Positions 26,171-37,145 of a stretch of DNA of 64,000 bases are shown in pieces. A program made the position numbers and the translations under genes. Source of the DNA: Deltaproteobacteria bacterium RBG_13_43_22 (GTDB lineage: Bacteria > Desulfobacterota > RBG-13-43-22); NCBI GenBank assembly GCA_001797675.1, contig MGQB01000001.1, positions 248,816 through 312,815 on the forward strand, read 5' to 3'. The number at the start of each line of letters is the position of its first letter. The stretch's first letter is position 1. The notes under the pieces were generated by a model. It was not told the DNA's origin and searched no databases. It saw nothing but the letters and a program-made list of their open reading frames with translations.

Positions 26171-27427
26171 TTATTCCTTAATCCGCTCAATCCGTGCCCC
26201 TAAGGGAAGCAGCTTTTTTTCCAGGCCTTCATATCCCCGGTCCAGGTGATAGACCCGCGAGATCTCAGTTGTCCCGTCTGCAGCCAGTCCGGCCAGGACC
26301 AAGGAGGCACTGGCTCGGAGGTCTGTAGCCATTACCGGCGCTCCAAGGAGCCGGGATACCCCTTTGATTACGGCTTGATTCCCGGATACCTGGATATCGG
26401 CTCCCATGCGCCTTAGTTCGCTGACATGCATGAAACGGTTTTCAAAAATCGTTTCTTTGATCAAACTAGTATCCTGGCCGAGGGATATGAGGGCCATGAA
26501 TTGGGCCTGCATATCCGTCGGGAAACCGGGATAGGGTCTCGTGGTCAGGGAAACGCTTTTTATTTTCTGAGGCCCATGAACGGTCAAGCCTGTTTTTTTC
26601 TGGGAAAACTCCAGACCGGCCTCCCGCAATTTCCCCATGACCGTTTCCAAACAGGACCCATCGTAGTTGACTAGCGTGATTTCTCCCCCGGTAATGCCGG
26701 CGGCTGTCATATAGGTTGCGGCCTCAATCCGATCGGCCATGATCCGATAAGGAGTAGGGTGGAGATGGGAAACACCGTGAATGGTTATGATATCGGTTCC
26801 GACCCCTTCAATCTTGGCCCCCATGGCGGTTAAAAAATTAGCCAGGTCCACGACCTCGGGTTCCTTGGCTGCATTTCCGATAATCGTTTTCCCCTTGGCC
26901 AGGCAGGCGGCCATCATCAGATTTTCCGTTCCCGTTACTGTAGGAATATCAAACACAATTTCAGCCCCTTGTAACTGGCGGGCTTTGGCCTCCACATACC
27001 CGTGTTTTAAATCGATCCGTGCACCCATCAACTCCAGTCCTTTTAGATGAAGGTTGATAGGCCTGGCTCCGATAGCACATCCCCCGGGTAACGATACCCG
27101 GGCCCGGCCGAAGCGGGCCACCAAAGGTCCCAAAACCAGTATGGAAGCCCTCATGGTTTTTACCAGATCGTAAGGGGCCTCCATTCGTTGAATTTTAGAA
27201 CTGTTAATGCGCAGGGACGCTTCGGGGCCTTCTTCAAATGATGCCCCTAAAAAAGATAATAGTTTTTTTTCGGTCTGGATGTCCCTTAATGCCGGAAGGT
27301 TGGAAAGGGTAACCCAGCCGTCGGTCAAAAGGGCGGCTGACATAATGGGCAGGGCGGCGTTCTTGGCTCCGGATAGGACTACCTTGCCTTTTAATGGGAT
27401 TCCTCCCTGGATGCGAATTTTATCCAT
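26171..27427 (-). CDS. murA: UDP-N-acetylglucosamine 1-carboxyvinyltransferase
   Basis: 418 aa. Full-length MurA pattern (MDKIRIQGG...[12 protein letters not shown]...CAIGARPI...). Confidence 0.95.
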   Translation of the reverse strand: MDKIRIQGGIPLKGKVVLSGAKNAALPIMSAALLTDGWVTLSNLPALRDIQTEKKLLSFLGASFEEGPEASLRINSSKIQRMEAPYDLVKTMRASILVLGPLVARFGRARVSLPGGCAIGARPINLHLKGLELMGARIDLKHGYVEAKARQLQGAEIVFDIPTVTGTENLMMAACLAKGKTIIGNAAKEPEVVDLANFLTAMGAKIEGVGTDIITIHGVSHLHPTPYRIMADRIEAATYMTAAGITGGEITLVNYDGSCLETVMGKLREAGLEFSQKKTGLTVHGPQKIKSVSLTTRPYPGFPTDMQAQFMALISLGQDTSLIKETIFENRFMHVSELRRMGADIQVSGNQAVIKGVSRLLGAPVMATDLRASASLVLAGLAADGTTEISRVYHLDRGYEGLEKKLLPLGARIERIKE

Positions 27428-28331
27428 GATAGCAGGCCTTCAGTACACGATCCTTTCCGGCATAATCCCGGAGAATTTCGGATGGATGGAAATGAAATTG
27501 TTCTGCCAGTTCCAGGATACGTTTACCCTGGGTTTCCCCGATTTCCAGAAGCAGCCAGGCTCCGATCTTGAGTTGTTCTGCGGCCTGAGACAGGATGGTC
27601 CGGACCGCATCTAATCCATCTTGTCCGCCGAAAAGGGCTCTTAGAGGTTCAAACCTTTTAACCGTTGTGGGGAGATGGTGCATCTCCCTTTCTGAGACAT
27701 AGGGTGGATTGGAAATCAGCACATCTATCCACCTGAATCGGGAAGAAAAAGGTTTCAGCCAGTCACCTTGAATCCATTGGATTTTTTTCCCCACCCCGTG
27801 CGAAGCGGCATTTTCCCGGGCGGTTTTCAACGCCCCCCGGGAAATATCTGTTGCCAGAAACGGTCTGGCTTCTGCATGGGTCAGCGACTTGGCCAGGGCA
27901 ACGGCAACGGCCCCGGAACCGGTTCCCAGCTCGATCAGGATCTTGGGTCCGGGAACAGAACAGAATATCCTCATGGCCTCTTCAACCAACAACTCGGTCT
28001 CCGGTCGTGGAATCAGCACTTCAGGATCGACCTGAAAATTCAAAGACCAGAATTCCTTTTTTCCGGTGAGATAGGCGATCGGTTCGTGCTCGGCCCTTCG
28101 AAGAACTTTTTCCTGAAAAACCATCCATTCCGTGTCATCAAGGGATTGATCCCGAAGGACGACCAAGTCCGGACGGTCCAGACCCAATACCGACCCAAGT
28201 AGCACCTCCGCACTTAGACGGTGATCGGGCAGGTCTTCAGCCTGCAAATAGCCTCCGGCCCAAAACAAGGCTTTTCGGATAGTCCATGGTTGATTCATAG
28301 ATTTTTTGGTTGTTGGCTGAGGGTGTCCCAT
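27420..28331 (-). CDS. prmC: Release-factor glutamine N5-methyltransferase
   Basis: 303 aa with SAM motif ELGTGSG and catalytic NPPY. It lies downstream of prfA. Confidence 0.9.
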   Translation of the reverse strand: MGHPQPTTKKSMNQPWTIRKALFWAGGYLQAEDLPDHRLSAEVLLGSVLGLDRPDLVVLRDQSLDDTEWMVFQEKVLRRAEHEPIAYLTGKKEFWSLNFQVDPEVLIPRPETELLVEEAMRIFCSVPGPKILIELGTGSGAVAVALAKSLTHAEARPFLATDISRGALKTARENAASHGVGKKIQWIQGDWLKPFSSRFRWIDVLISNPPYVSEREMHHLPTTVKRFEPLRALFGGQDGLDAVRTILSQAAEQLKIGAWLLLEIGETQGKRILELAEQFHFHPSEILRDYAGKDRVLKACYHG

Positions 28332-28340
28332 ATAAAATCA

Positions 28341-28417
28341 GGCGATAGACACGAGGCCATTGGCAATAAAGATCGGGGACTTTTTTTTCTATCGCCTATA
28401 GCCCAGTGCCTATTGCC
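28341..28417. repeat. Stuttered-word imperfect inverted repeat inserted between prfA and prmC
   Basis: GGCGATAGACACGAGGCCATTGGCAATA (28341..28368) faces CTATCGCCTATAGCCCAGTGCCTATTGCC (28389..28417). A T8 run sits in the loop region. Confidence 0.75.
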
Positions 28418-28479
28418 TCCCTATTGAATCCTTTTCCATGGTCCATTGTTGCCCGAATCAGGCAAGTTTGGGGATGTGT

Positions 28480-29553
28480 TTAATCTGAATTCCCGGCCTT
28501 GAGTTGTTCGGCTTGGTAGTGCGTGGTCAGGGGATCGATAACCTCAGAGAGATTACCTTCCATAATCGTATCCAATTGATAGAGGGTCAAACCGATTCGG
28601 TGATCCGTCAATCGGTTCTGGGGGAAATTATAAGTTCGGATTCGTTGACTACGATCCCCACTGCCGACCTGACTTTTTCGATCCTCGGAAATTTTATCTT
28701 GTTGTTCTTTGACTTTGAGGTCCAACAGGCGTGCCCTTAATACCTTTAAGGCCTTGGCCTTGTTTTTGTGCTGAGATTTTTCGTCCTGACAGGAAACCAC
28801 CAGACCGGTCGGCAGGTGAGTGATGCGTATAGCCGAATCGGTGGTATTGACGCTTTGCCCTCCGGGTCCGGATGAACGAAAAACATCCACCCGGATTTCT
28901 TCGGGATCGATGACAATATCCACTTCCTCGGCCTCGGGAAGAACGGCTACGGTGACGGCTGAGGTATGAAGACGGCCTTGCGCTTCCGTAGCCGGTACCC
29001 GCTGGACCCGGTGGACTCCGCTTTCATATTTAAGTTTGCTGTAGGCCCCTTTCCCTTCAATCAAGGCTATGATTTCTTTATATCCCCCCATACCGGTCGG
29101 ATGTTCGCTCATGATTTCCACCTTCCAGCCCATGGCCTCGGCCAGCTTGGAATACATACGAAAGAGATCGGCAGCAAACAAGGCGGCCTCCTCTCCTCCG
29201 GTGCCGGCCCGAATCTCCAGAAAGGTGTTTTTTTCCTCATTCGGATCCCGGGGCAGGAGGAGTATCCTGATCTCTTCTTCGATTTTGGAAAGATGTTCTT
29301 TCAGGGTTTCCATTTCACTCCTGGCCAGTTCCCGCATTTGGGGATCGGAATCCTCAAGGAGTTGTTTGTTTTCTGACAATTGGTCGGAAAGAGATTTGTA
29401 GCGGCGATACTTGACCATTAATGGAGCCAAGCCGGAATGTTCTTTGGCCAGTTTTTGGTAGGTCGAGGGATTTTTATGGACTTCGGAGTCGCTGAGAGAC
29501 TCCTCCAACTTCAAAAAACGGCTCTCCACTTCTTCCAGTTTTTTAATCAGCAT
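28480..29553 (-). CDS. prfA: Peptide chain release factor 1
   Basis: Contains the PATE (PxT-type) tripeptide and the GGQ motif ([11 protein letters not shown]). The start is set at ATG 29553 ([13 protein letters not shown]). The ORF-track N-terminal extension overlaps the upstream gene and looks non-native. Confidence 0.93.
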   Translation of the reverse strand: MLIKKLEEVESRFLKLEESLSDSEVHKNPSTYQKLAKEHSGLAPLMVKYRRYKSLSDQLSENKQLLEDSDPQMRELARSEMETLKEHLSKIEEEIRILLLPRDPNEEKNTFLEIRAGTGGEEAALFAADLFRMYSKLAEAMGWKVEIMSEHPTGMGGYKEIIALIEGKGAYSKLKYESGVHRVQRVPATEAQGRLHTSAVTVAVLPEAEEVDIVIDPEEIRVDVFRSSGPGGQSVNTTDSAIRITHLPTGLVVSCQDEKSQHKNKAKALKVLRARLLDLKVKEQQDKISEDRKSQVGSGDRSQRIRTYNFPQNRLTDHRIGLTLYQLDTIMEGNLSEVIDPLTTHYQAEQLKAGNSD

Positions 29554-29561
29554 AATTGGAG

Positions 29562-30500
29562 TTAAACAACCTTTGGTTCGGAAAGCCGGCCTTCCATGGT
29601 GATTACCCGATTCAGGGCGGCCAGGGCCACCTCGATCTGGTCTTCCGTGGGTTCCTGAGTGGTCAGGCGTTGGATCCATAGGCCGGGAAGGATGATAACC
29701 CGCATCCAGGGTAGATGTGTTTTTTTACTGGAATATTTAATGGCTTCATAAGCCAGTCCGGTGATGGGTATCATTAAAAGGATTTTAAAACCGACATATA
29801 ACCCATTCCGATACCAGGAACTCAAAGAGAGCATCTTGGGCAAAAAAGGAAACAGGATAGAGAAAAAAAGGATGCTGATGACCAGGACCAGCAGGATAAA
29901 GGAAGTTCCGCAACGGGGATGAAGGGTGGAGTGCCCTTTGGCATTATCTACCGTTAGTTCCTGACCGGCCTCATAGGTGAAAATGGATTTATGTTCGGCC
30001 CCATGGTATTGAAAGACCCGGCGGATATCCCGAAAACGGGAGATGATCCAGATATAAGCAACGAAGAAAAAAACCTTGATCCAGCCGTCCAGGAGATGAA
30101 AAGAAAAAGAATCCACCCCGAATTGGAAGGAAGTCAACCCGCCCAGATAGGCGCTGATCCAATGCGGCAGGGCCACAAAAAGTCCCAGACCCAAAAGGAT
30201 AGCCAGGGATAGGGTTCCCAACATGGCTCCCCATCCGATCTCCTTGGTCTCTTCTTCCTCGGTCATGGCCTGATTAGCCGAAAAACTTAAGGCCTGGATG
30301 CCCTGAATGAGAGTTTCCAACAGGATCAGCGTCCCCCTTAATACCGGCCATTTAAGAAACGGAAAGCGATCCGACCAGGGGCGAAGGATATCCTCTTTAG
30401 CCACCATTTCCCCATTAGGCCGCCGAACAACGACGGCAAGGGATTTGGGAGCCTTCATCATCACTCCTTCAATAACCGCCTGACCACCTACTTGGATCAA
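29562..30500 (-). CDS. DUF1385 (YqhQ-like) membrane protein
   Basis: 312 aa. The N-terminus [13 protein letters not shown] and HGAEHK motifs are typical of DUF1385. The position between rpmE and prfA is a conserved arrangement. Confidence 0.75.
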   Translation of the reverse strand: MIQVGGQAVIEGVMMKAPKSLAVVVRRPNGEMVAKEDILRPWSDRFPFLKWPVLRGTLILLETLIQGIQALSFSANQAMTEEEETKEIGWGAMLGTLSLAILLGLGLFVALPHWISAYLGGLTSFQFGVDSFSFHLLDGWIKVFFFVAYIWIISRFRDIRRVFQYHGAEHKSIFTYEAGQELTVDNAKGHSTLHPRCGTSFILLVLVISILFFSILFPFLPKMLSLSSWYRNGLYVGFKILLMIPITGLAYEAIKYSSKKTHLPWMRVIILPGLWIQRLTTQEPTEDQIEVALAALNRVITMEGRLSEPKVV

Positions 30501-30736
30501 ACCGCTGCCTTCTCTGCCGGAGCGGCTTTTTTATTGAGCACCTTGGCGTATTTCTTCTGGAAACGCTCAATCCTTCCGGCCGAATCCATTAATTTTTGTT
30601 TCCCGGTGAAAAATGGATGGCATTGGGAACAAATTTCCACCCGGATGTCTTTCCGGGTGGATCCGGTGGGGACTTCATTTCCGCAGGCACAGCGTATCGT
30701 CGTTTGATGGTATTCCGGATGAATTTTTTCTTTCAT
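30497..30736 (-). CDS. rpmE: 50S ribosomal protein L31
   Basis: 79 aa starting MKEKIHPEY, with CxC...CxxC zinc ligands and FTGKQK. Confidence 0.95.
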   Translation of the reverse strand: MKEKIHPEYHQTTIRCACGNEVPTGSTRKDIRVEICSQCHPFFTGKQKLMDSAGRIERFQKKYAKVLNKKAAPAEKAAV

Positions 30737-30746
30737 AATATTAACT

Positions 30747-30794
30747 CCTCACTTTCCTCGGACCCTTGACCCCTTGAATCCTGGAACCCTTTCG
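30747..30794 (-). repeat. GGATTCAAGG-family element, copy B (short)
   Basis: The reverse complement reads CGAAAGGGTTCCAGGATTCAAGGGGTCAAGGGTCCGAGGAAAGTGAGG, colinear with the reverse complement of the 51962..52026 copy. It fills the rho-rpmE gap. Confidence 0.7.
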
Positions 30795-30802
30795 TTGTTT
30801 TG

Positions 30803-32053
30803 TTATTTATTCATTAAGCTCAAAAAATCAGCGTTATCCTTGGTCCCGTCCATCTTTTCCAGGAGGAACTCCATGCTGTCCACCACGGTCAGGGGGGCCA
30901 ATAATTTTCTTAAAATCCAAACCTTGTTGAGTTCATCCGTTGGCAACAGTAACTCCTCTTTGCGGGTCCCGGAGCGGTTTATGTCTATCGCCGGGAATAT
31001 CCGTTTGTCACTCAGTTTGCGATCCAGATGGATTTCCATGTTTCCTGTACCTTTGAATTCCTCGAAGATCACTTCGTCCATCCGGCTTCCGGTATCCACC
31101 AGAGCTGTGGCAATAATAGTCAGACTGCCGCCCTCTTCGATGTTTCGGGCGGCCCCGAAAAAGCGTTTGGGGCGATGTAAGGCATTAGAGTCCACTCCAC
31201 CGGAGAGGATCTTGCCGCTGGGAGGGACCACGGTATTATATGCTCTGGCCAGGCGGGTGATACTGTCCAAAAGAATGACCACATCCCTTTTGTGTTCCAC
31301 CAGCCGTTTGGCCTTTTCAATGACCATTTCGGCCACTTGAATATGCCGCTGGGCTGGTTCATCAAAGGTCGAGCTGATGACCTCGGCCTTGACCGACCGC
31401 TGCATGTCGGTGACTTCTTCGGGGCGTTCGTCAATCAGCAGGACGATTAAAATGATATCTTTGAAATTTCGAGAGATACTGTTGGCGATATTCTGGAGCA
31501 GCATGGTCTTACCGGTTCGGGGAGGAGAGACGATCAGGCCTCTCTGCCCTTTGCCGATGGGGGTTAATAAATCCATAACCCGAATGGAATAATTGGCCGG
31601 GTCGTCGGTCTCCAACTGGATTCGTTCCTCGGGATACAGGGGGGTCAAGTTGTCGAATAAGATTTTATCCCTGGAGACTTCCGGGTCTTCAAAATTAACC
31701 GACTCCACTTTAAGGAGGGCAAAGTATCGTTCGTTATCCTTGGGAGACCTGATCTGTCCGGAGGTCGTATCGCCGGTCCGCAAATTAAATCTTCGGATTT
31801 GAGACGGGGAGACATAAATATCATCCGGTCCGGGGAGATAGTTGTAATCCGGCGCCCTTAAAAACCCAAATCCGTCGGGCAGTATTTCCAGCACCCCTTC
31901 CCCGTAAATGAGGCCGTTTTTTTCCGTTTGGGCCTGGAGCAGGGCGAAAATGAGTTCTTGTTTTCTCATCCCGCTGGCCCCTTCGATATTGAATTCTTTG
32001 CCCATCTGGGTCAGTTCACTGATTTTCTTTTGCTTGAGTTCAGCTAAATTCAT
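30803..32053 (-). CDS. rho: Transcription termination factor Rho
   Basis: 416 aa with the N-terminal [14 protein letters not shown], Walker A PPRTGKT, and the full Rho pattern. Confidence 0.96.
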   Translation of the reverse strand: MNLAELKQKKISELTQMGKEFNIEGASGMRKQELIFALLQAQTEKNGLIYGEGVLEILPDGFGFLRAPDYNYLPGPDDIYVSPSQIRRFNLRTGDTTSGQIRSPKDNERYFALLKVESVNFEDPEVSRDKILFDNLTPLYPEERIQLETDDPANYSIRVMDLLTPIGKGQRGLIVSPPRTGKTMLLQNIANSISRNFKDIILIVLLIDERPEEVTDMQRSVKAEVISSTFDEPAQRHIQVAEMVIEKAKRLVEHKRDVVILLDSITRLARAYNTVVPPSGKILSGGVDSNALHRPKRFFGAARNIEEGGSLTIIATALVDTGSRMDEVIFEEFKGTGNMEIHLDRKLSDKRIFPAIDINRSGTRKEELLLPTDELNKVWILRKLLAPLTVVDSMEFLLEKMDGTKDNADFLSLMNK

Positions 32054-32498
32054 AGTATCCTCGGTATTCTTAAATAGACCTTAGTAAGGTAGTCTTTTGG
32101 GGAATAAGCGCTCTTTATCAAAACAGACTTATGAATTAAATGTTTGGGCTGACAAATATCACTTTATTGAGAGCTTTAAAAACATCCCCTTTTGCCCAAT
32201 CTTTGTGTCAGACTCAAATTTTAATCCTCAAAATACAAAATGTATTCCTGCGGTTAAAATTTTCATCTTCCTTAACCTTGAACAAAATTGAACCTTTTTC
32301 AAAACTCCCTTATTGATCTTAAATGATTGCAATGAGAAATGCTGATGATTTTGGAATTTGTTCGGTTTCTTCTTGGATTTAAATCCTTACCAGGCAGGAA
32401 TTAGTGCTTTATTGGAGCACCATGATCTCCTTAGTATTCCGAAAGCTATAGGATAATTCCAAGAATGTCAAGCATTTTTTATGTTTTTCCCCTTATTA

Positions 32499-33467
32499 TT
32501 ATAGACCATCTGAATTGTTTGTTAACTTCCGGATCAGTTTTTCCATTTCTCCGGGAAGAGGCGATGAAAAGTCTAATAAATTTCCATTAGTTGGATGAAT
32601 AAAAGCCAAACGACTGGAATGGAGCATTTGGTGGGAAATGGATTTGGCAGCTTCCAATGACAGCTCTTTCCCTTTGGCCCCATAATTTTTTTTCCCACCA
32701 TATAGGGGATCTCCGACCACCGGCCATCCTTGTGAAGATAGGTGAACACGAATCTGATGGGTCCTTCCTGTTTTTATTACCAGGTTCAACCGGGTGATCC
32801 CCTGAGGAAATTTTTTAATGACCTGCCATTCGGTCACGGCTGGTTTGCCGTGAATCTCATCAACGGCCATCTTTTTTCGCTGCACCGGATGCCGGCCGAT
32901 AGGTTTTTCAATTCTTCCCCGGCTTTTTAAAGGGAGCCCCCAAACCAAGGCCTGGTATTCTTTGACGACTTTTCCCGTTTGGAATTGATGGATCAGTCGC
33001 TGGTGAGAAACATCATTTTTAGCGACCACCATCAGCCCGGAGGTGTTTTTATCCAGGCGGTGGACGATCCCGGGGCGGAGCACCCCGCCTATCCCTGAAA
33101 GATCAAAGCAGTGAAAGAGCAGGGCATGAACCAGAGTTCCGGAATAATTTCCCGGGGCGGGATGGACCACCAATCCGACCGGTTTGTCCAATACCAATAG
33201 GTCCTGGTCTTCATAGAGTATAGACAAGGGAATGTTTTCCGGGATCAGTGATAAAGGGACCGGGGCTTCGGGAAATACCTCCAGGAAGTCCCCACCCTTT
33301 AAACGATAACCTCCTTTTTCCGGCTGACCATTGACCGAGATCTTCCCTTCATCGATCCATCTTTTGAGTTGGGAACGGGAATAAGGGACCCCCTTTTCCA
33401 CCAGGAAAAGATCTAATCGTTTATGAATATCCGGGGTCTGGACTTTAAATGTGTATGGTCTGCTCAA
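32499..33467 (-). CDS. rluD: 23S rRNA pseudouridine synthase, RluA/RluD family
   Basis: 322 aa with an S4 domain at the N-terminus and the catalytic HRLDKNTSG. Confidence 0.88.
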   Translation of the reverse strand: MSRPYTFKVQTPDIHKRLDLFLVEKGVPYSRSQLKRWIDEGKISVNGQPEKGGYRLKGGDFLEVFPEAPVPLSLIPENIPLSILYEDQDLLVLDKPVGLVVHPAPGNYSGTLVHALLFHCFDLSGIGGVLRPGIVHRLDKNTSGLMVVAKNDVSHQRLIHQFQTGKVVKEYQALVWGLPLKSRGRIEKPIGRHPVQRKKMAVDEIHGKPAVTEWQVIKKFPQGITRLNLVIKTGRTHQIRVHLSSQGWPVVGDPLYGGKKNYGAKGKELSLEAAKSISHQMLHSSRLAFIHPTNGNLLDFSSPLPGEMEKLIRKLTNNSDGL

Positions 33468-33640
33468 CGATTTAATGATACATTATAATGGATTATGAAT
33501 GACCGGTACCCGATCTCCGTTGACCTTAGGTTTTTGTAACAGCTAAATTAAAAGAGCTGATCTGCGACGATTTTTATTATGAGTCATACTGCATCCGGGA
33601 GCGGGTATCGGTCATCGGGTGTCCGGTTTCCTGTTTTTAT

Positions 33641-34645
33641 TCATCCATTTTTTATCTCGGTAAAGATCATCCGGCCGGTACCTGTTTGCAGAACACTGGT
33701 AACAACCACCTCGATGGTTTTACCGATATGCCGTCGGGCATTTTCGACCACCACCATAGTCCCATCGTCCATATAGGCAATGCCTTGCCCGGGAGTTTTC
33801 CCTTCCCGAATAATCTGAACGGTCAAGACCTCTCCGGATAAAACGGCCGGTTTCAGGGCATTGGCCAGCTTGTTCAGATTCAGGCATTTAACCCCACGAA
33901 GCTCAGCCACCTTATTTAGATTGAAATCGTTGGTAATGATCGTTCCATTCAATTCCAGGGCCAGGTCCACCAGTTTGGCATCCACATTGTCCTTGGGAGG
34001 GTTCTGATCCAGGATGATGACTTCCTGGTCTTTTTGTTTCTGGATCTTTTCAATGACATCCAGTCCCCTTCGTCCACGAATTTTTTTTAAGGAATCGCTG
34101 GAATCGGCAATATGGTGCAATTCCTGAAGGATAAACTGGGGGATAATCAAGGTCCCTTCTACAAAACCGGTTTCACAGATATCGGCAATCCGTCCATCAA
34201 TGATTACACTGGTATCCAGTAAATAACGGGAAAGATTTTTAGACAGGGGGGAAGGAAACAGGGCTGAATTGGCGAGTTTACCGATTCCTTCTGCTTTATT
34301 GCTGCCCAGAGTCAACCCCAAGTATCCAAAAATCCCGCTTAAAAAGACCAGTATCAGATAATGGAGAAAGACGTCGTTTCGAAAAAAATCAAAGGGAAAC
34401 ATTAAGAGACGGGCGACTACCAGCCCCAGGACCAAACCGGTCACCCCTCCTAAGGATCTTCGCAGGGGTGCTTTTTTAATTTGTTTTTCAACTTCTAGGA
34501 TTATTACAGATAAAATAAGGCCCAGGAAAGCCCCCAGATAGGGGGTCCACGGAATTTCCTCGGTGTTCCCAATGTGGTCGGAAATAATATAACCGCCTAT
34601 CAAACAAATAAGAATTAAAATTGCTTTTAATATAAGTTGGTTCAC
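33641..34645 (-). CDS. Membrane-anchored PIN + TRAM domain protein (YacL-like)
   Basis: N-terminal TM helices, a PIN core (YLLDTSVIIDGRI...ITNDFNL) and a C-terminal TRAM. The start is moved to GTG 34645, which is preceded by AGGAGGTGA. Confidence 0.75.
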   Translation of the reverse strand: MNQLILKAILILICLIGGYIISDHIGNTEEIPWTPYLGAFLGLILSVIILEVEKQIKKAPLRRSLGGVTGLVLGLVVARLLMFPFDFFRNDVFLHYLILVFLSGIFGYLGLTLGSNKAEGIGKLANSALFPSPLSKNLSRYLLDTSVIIDGRIADICETGFVEGTLIIPQFILQELHHIADSSDSLKKIRGRRGLDVIEKIQKQKDQEVIILDQNPPKDNVDAKLVDLALELNGTIITNDFNLNKVAELRGVKCLNLNKLANALKPAVLSGEVLTVQIIREGKTPGQGIAYMDDGTMVVVENARRHIGKTIEVVVTSVLQTGTGRMIFTEIKNG

Positions 34646-34972
34646 TCTTTCACCTCCTTTCATCGCTTTTCTGGTTAAAATCACAGCGTTCCTCTCCTTT
34701 AAGCTTTAAGATTATCTTGAAACCCACTTTTACCTTACAAGCGGTCGAAGGGAGCGTGGCCATCTCTTTGATTTAAAAGTATTCTAAGATAGTTGGGATC
34801 GATTTACTCCCTGGCAACACCATTGCGAAACAGTTCCTGGGCAAGAAGGGAAACAAATAATAATTGCTTTTGACTTACACCCAGAAATAGGGATCAATTA
34901 AATAGACCCTACGGATTCGGCCGGGTTAAGAAACAAGGCGGGAATACTTAAGTTTGAATAAAAAACAGTTTT

Positions 34973-35461
34973 TCAGTTCTTAAAAATCCGTCTTATATTT
35001 TCTTCCACCTTGGTTTCTTCCATCTTCTTGGCTATGGAGATTTCCTTAACCAAAAGGCTCTTGGCCGTATCAAGCATTTTCCGTTCACCAAAAGAAAGCT
35101 CTTTTTCCAATTTCAATAAAAACAGATCACGCAAAACTTGAGCCACTTCATATACCGAACCGGTCTTTATTTTTTCCATATATTCCCGGTATCTGCGGTT
35201 CCAGCTTTGATTGTCGAATTCAATGTCTTTTTCTTTTAAGATTTTAAAAATCTTGGAAACTTCCTCTTCCTTGATTATTTCCCTAAGTCCGACATTGTTA
35301 GCGTTGCTGATCGGGATCATGATAATCATATTATTATCCAAAATTCTCATGATATAAAAATTTTGAGAAGAACCGTAAAGGTTACGAGCCTCTATGGATT
35401 CTATCCGACCAACTCCATGGGCTGGATAAACCGCCAAATCCCCCACCTTAAATATCATCAT
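34973..35461 (-). CDS. CarD-family transcriptional regulator
   Basis: 162 aa. FKVGDLAVYPAHGVGRIESIE is the canonical CarD N-terminal Tudor-like domain. Confidence 0.88.
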   Translation of the reverse strand: MMIFKVGDLAVYPAHGVGRIESIEARNLYGSSQNFYIMRILDNNMIIMIPISNANNVGLREIIKEEEVSKIFKILKEKDIEFDNQSWNRRYREYMEKIKTGSVYEVAQVLRDLFLLKLEKELSFGERKMLDTAKSLLVKEISIAKKMEETKVEENIRRIFKN

Positions 35462-35617
35462 GGGGCAACCTCCTGGCTTATATTTTTAAAACCTTATAAT
35501 TATATCACGTTACCCGGGAAAACCCAATATAAAAATTTTTCTAATGTATTTAATCGGTTATATTATGACAGGATAATATTGGGGAATCGTCCCCAAAATA
35601 GTTACTGATGATAGGGA

Positions 35618-35687
35618 GGTTCGAGGATTCAAGAGGTAAAGGATTCAAGTGAAAGGCATTGAAATAAAGAACAAACCCTTGAATCCC
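35618..35687 (+). repeat. GGATTCAAGG-family element, copy C (most complete)
   Basis: GGTTCGAGGATTCAAGAGGTAAAGGATTCAAGTGAAAGGCATTGAAATAAAGAACAAACCCTTGAATCCC. The terminal GGATTCAAG and CTTGAATCC can pair. Confidence 0.85.
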
Positions 35688-35693
35688 TGAGCC

Positions 35694-37016
35694 CTACCTG
35701 GTTAATAAAGTGATACTTTCCAGGTGGAAGGTCTGGGGGAAAAAATCAACCGGCTGAGACCATTCAACCCTCCAGTCCCTTCTCACCAAATGGGTCAGAT
35801 CCCGGAAAAGGGTCATAGGATTACAGGAGATATAAAGGATTCCCCTTATGTTCCGGGCATCCAACATCGGGATCACCTCCAAGGCCCCGGTTCGAGGGGG
35901 GTCCAAAATTACAAGGGAAATTGTTTTGTTAGGCAATTTTAATTGATGGATCCCTTCCCCAACCTTGGTTTGGATAAAGGTGCAGTTGGAAATTCGATTG
36001 ATTTTTTGATTCCAGCGGGCATTGGCCACCGCCGGAGAAAAGGCTTCAAGGCCGATGACTTCTTGAGCTTTTAAGGCTATGGGGAGAGAAAAATTTCCCA
36101 AACCGCAATAAAGGTCCAGGACCGTATCCCGTCGGTCAATAATGCCCCCGCTTAATAATCGGGCCATCAGCTGTTGGTTTAGATCTAAATTGATCTGGGT
36201 AAAGACCTGGGGGAAACAGGCCATTCGAATGTCCCTCGGTAGCCCGGTGTCAGAGGTTGAAAAGAAAAATTCGGGGCTGTCCTTTTCAGGGGAAAAATGG
36301 TGCTCTCCTGTTAATGGGAGTTGATTGGATTCCTGGAACAGGAGGTAGTTCAATTTAAGAATTGGAAAGAGCTCTTTGGTGATTCTTTTCTTTTGGGAGG
36401 GATCGATCCTCTTTGGCGCGGTAAACACAATCCCGCCTCTTCGAGGCATTTCAAAAACCTGGAGTTCGATTTCCGATGTCCAATACCCATATTTGTGACT
36501 TTGGAGATTTTCCAGAAGGACTCTCAAAACCTCATTTAATTGGTCATTGGCTAATAAGCAGCGGTTGATGGCGATCACATCGTGACTTTTTGTTTTGAAA
36601 AGTCCAAGATTAAACCGGTTGTTTTTCCAGGCTGTTTTAAGATGCAGTCGGTGGCGGTAACCGAATGCCGAAGGGGAAATCAGGGTTGGATAAACCTGAA
36701 CTTTTTTTGGTTTCAGGGCATGGTTCAGGGCCTGTCTAAAGAGTCTTTCTTTTTCTTGGACCTGTCTATGGGGTGCCAAGTGTTGAAGCTGACATCCCCC
36801 ACATTCACGGTAGAAGGAACAGGGCGGTTCAACCCGGTCCGGGGAAGGATCAAGGATGCGGATCAACCTTCCTCGGTCATAGCTTTTCCAGAAATGGACC
36901 AACTCCACTTCAACCACTTCCCCTGGAAGGCTGTGGGGTACAAAAACAACTTTCCCTTCTATTCTACCTATGCCCTCTCCTCCCCAGGAAAGGTCTGAAA
37001 TACGTACGACAGGCAT
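35694..37016 (-). CDS. rlmD: 23S rRNA (uracil-5)-methyltransferase RumA/RlmD family
   Basis: 440 aa with an N-terminal TRAM, the Fe-S cysteine cluster CSFYRECGGCQLQH, a SAM fold, and the catalytic ISCNP. Confidence 0.85.
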   Translation of the reverse strand: MPVVRISDLSWGGEGIGRIEGKVVFVPHSLPGEVVEVELVHFWKSYDRGRLIRILDPSPDRVEPPCSFYRECGGCQLQHLAPHRQVQEKERLFRQALNHALKPKKVQVYPTLISPSAFGYRHRLHLKTAWKNNRFNLGLFKTKSHDVIAINRCLLANDQLNEVLRVLLENLQSHKYGYWTSEIELQVFEMPRRGGIVFTAPKRIDPSQKKRITKELFPILKLNYLLFQESNQLPLTGEHHFSPEKDSPEFFFSTSDTGLPRDIRMACFPQVFTQINLDLNQQLMARLLSGGIIDRRDTVLDLYCGLGNFSLPIALKAQEVIGLEAFSPAVANARWNQKINRISNCTFIQTKVGEGIHQLKLPNKTISLVILDPPRTGALEVIPMLDARNIRGILYISCNPMTLFRDLTHLVRRDWRVEWSQPVDFFPQTFHLESITLLTR

Positions 37017-37081
37017 ATTACATCTTTCGCACTAATTCCTCATGTCTGCTCGCGGCGTGCACACGAAATATGAGAATTAAT

Positions 37082-37145
37082 CAAAGGGTTCAAGAGAAAG
37101 GCATTGAAATCCAAGGAAACCATTAACCCATCGAATTCTCGAATC
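37082..37145 (+). repeat. GGATTCAAGG-family element, copy D (diverged)
   Basis: TTCAAGAGAAAGGCATTGAAAT matches TTCAAGTGAAAGGCATTGAAAT of copy C with one mismatch. The ends are degraded (GGGTTCAAG ... CGAATTCTCGAATC). Confidence 0.65.

Noticed and set aside
29554-29679. N-terminal 42-aa extension of the prfA ORF ([18 protein letters not shown]...).
   Set aside because: It overlaps the 3' end of the DUF1385 gene and is compositionally odd. RF1 homology begins at [13 protein letters not shown] (ATG 29553).
32054-32498. A 445-bp AT-rich gene-free region upstream of rho, including the 64-aa ORF 32097..32291.
   Set aside because: Long leaders upstream of rho are expected from its known autoregulation. 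The ORF lacks an RBS and any motif. Nothing here goes beyond the known pattern.
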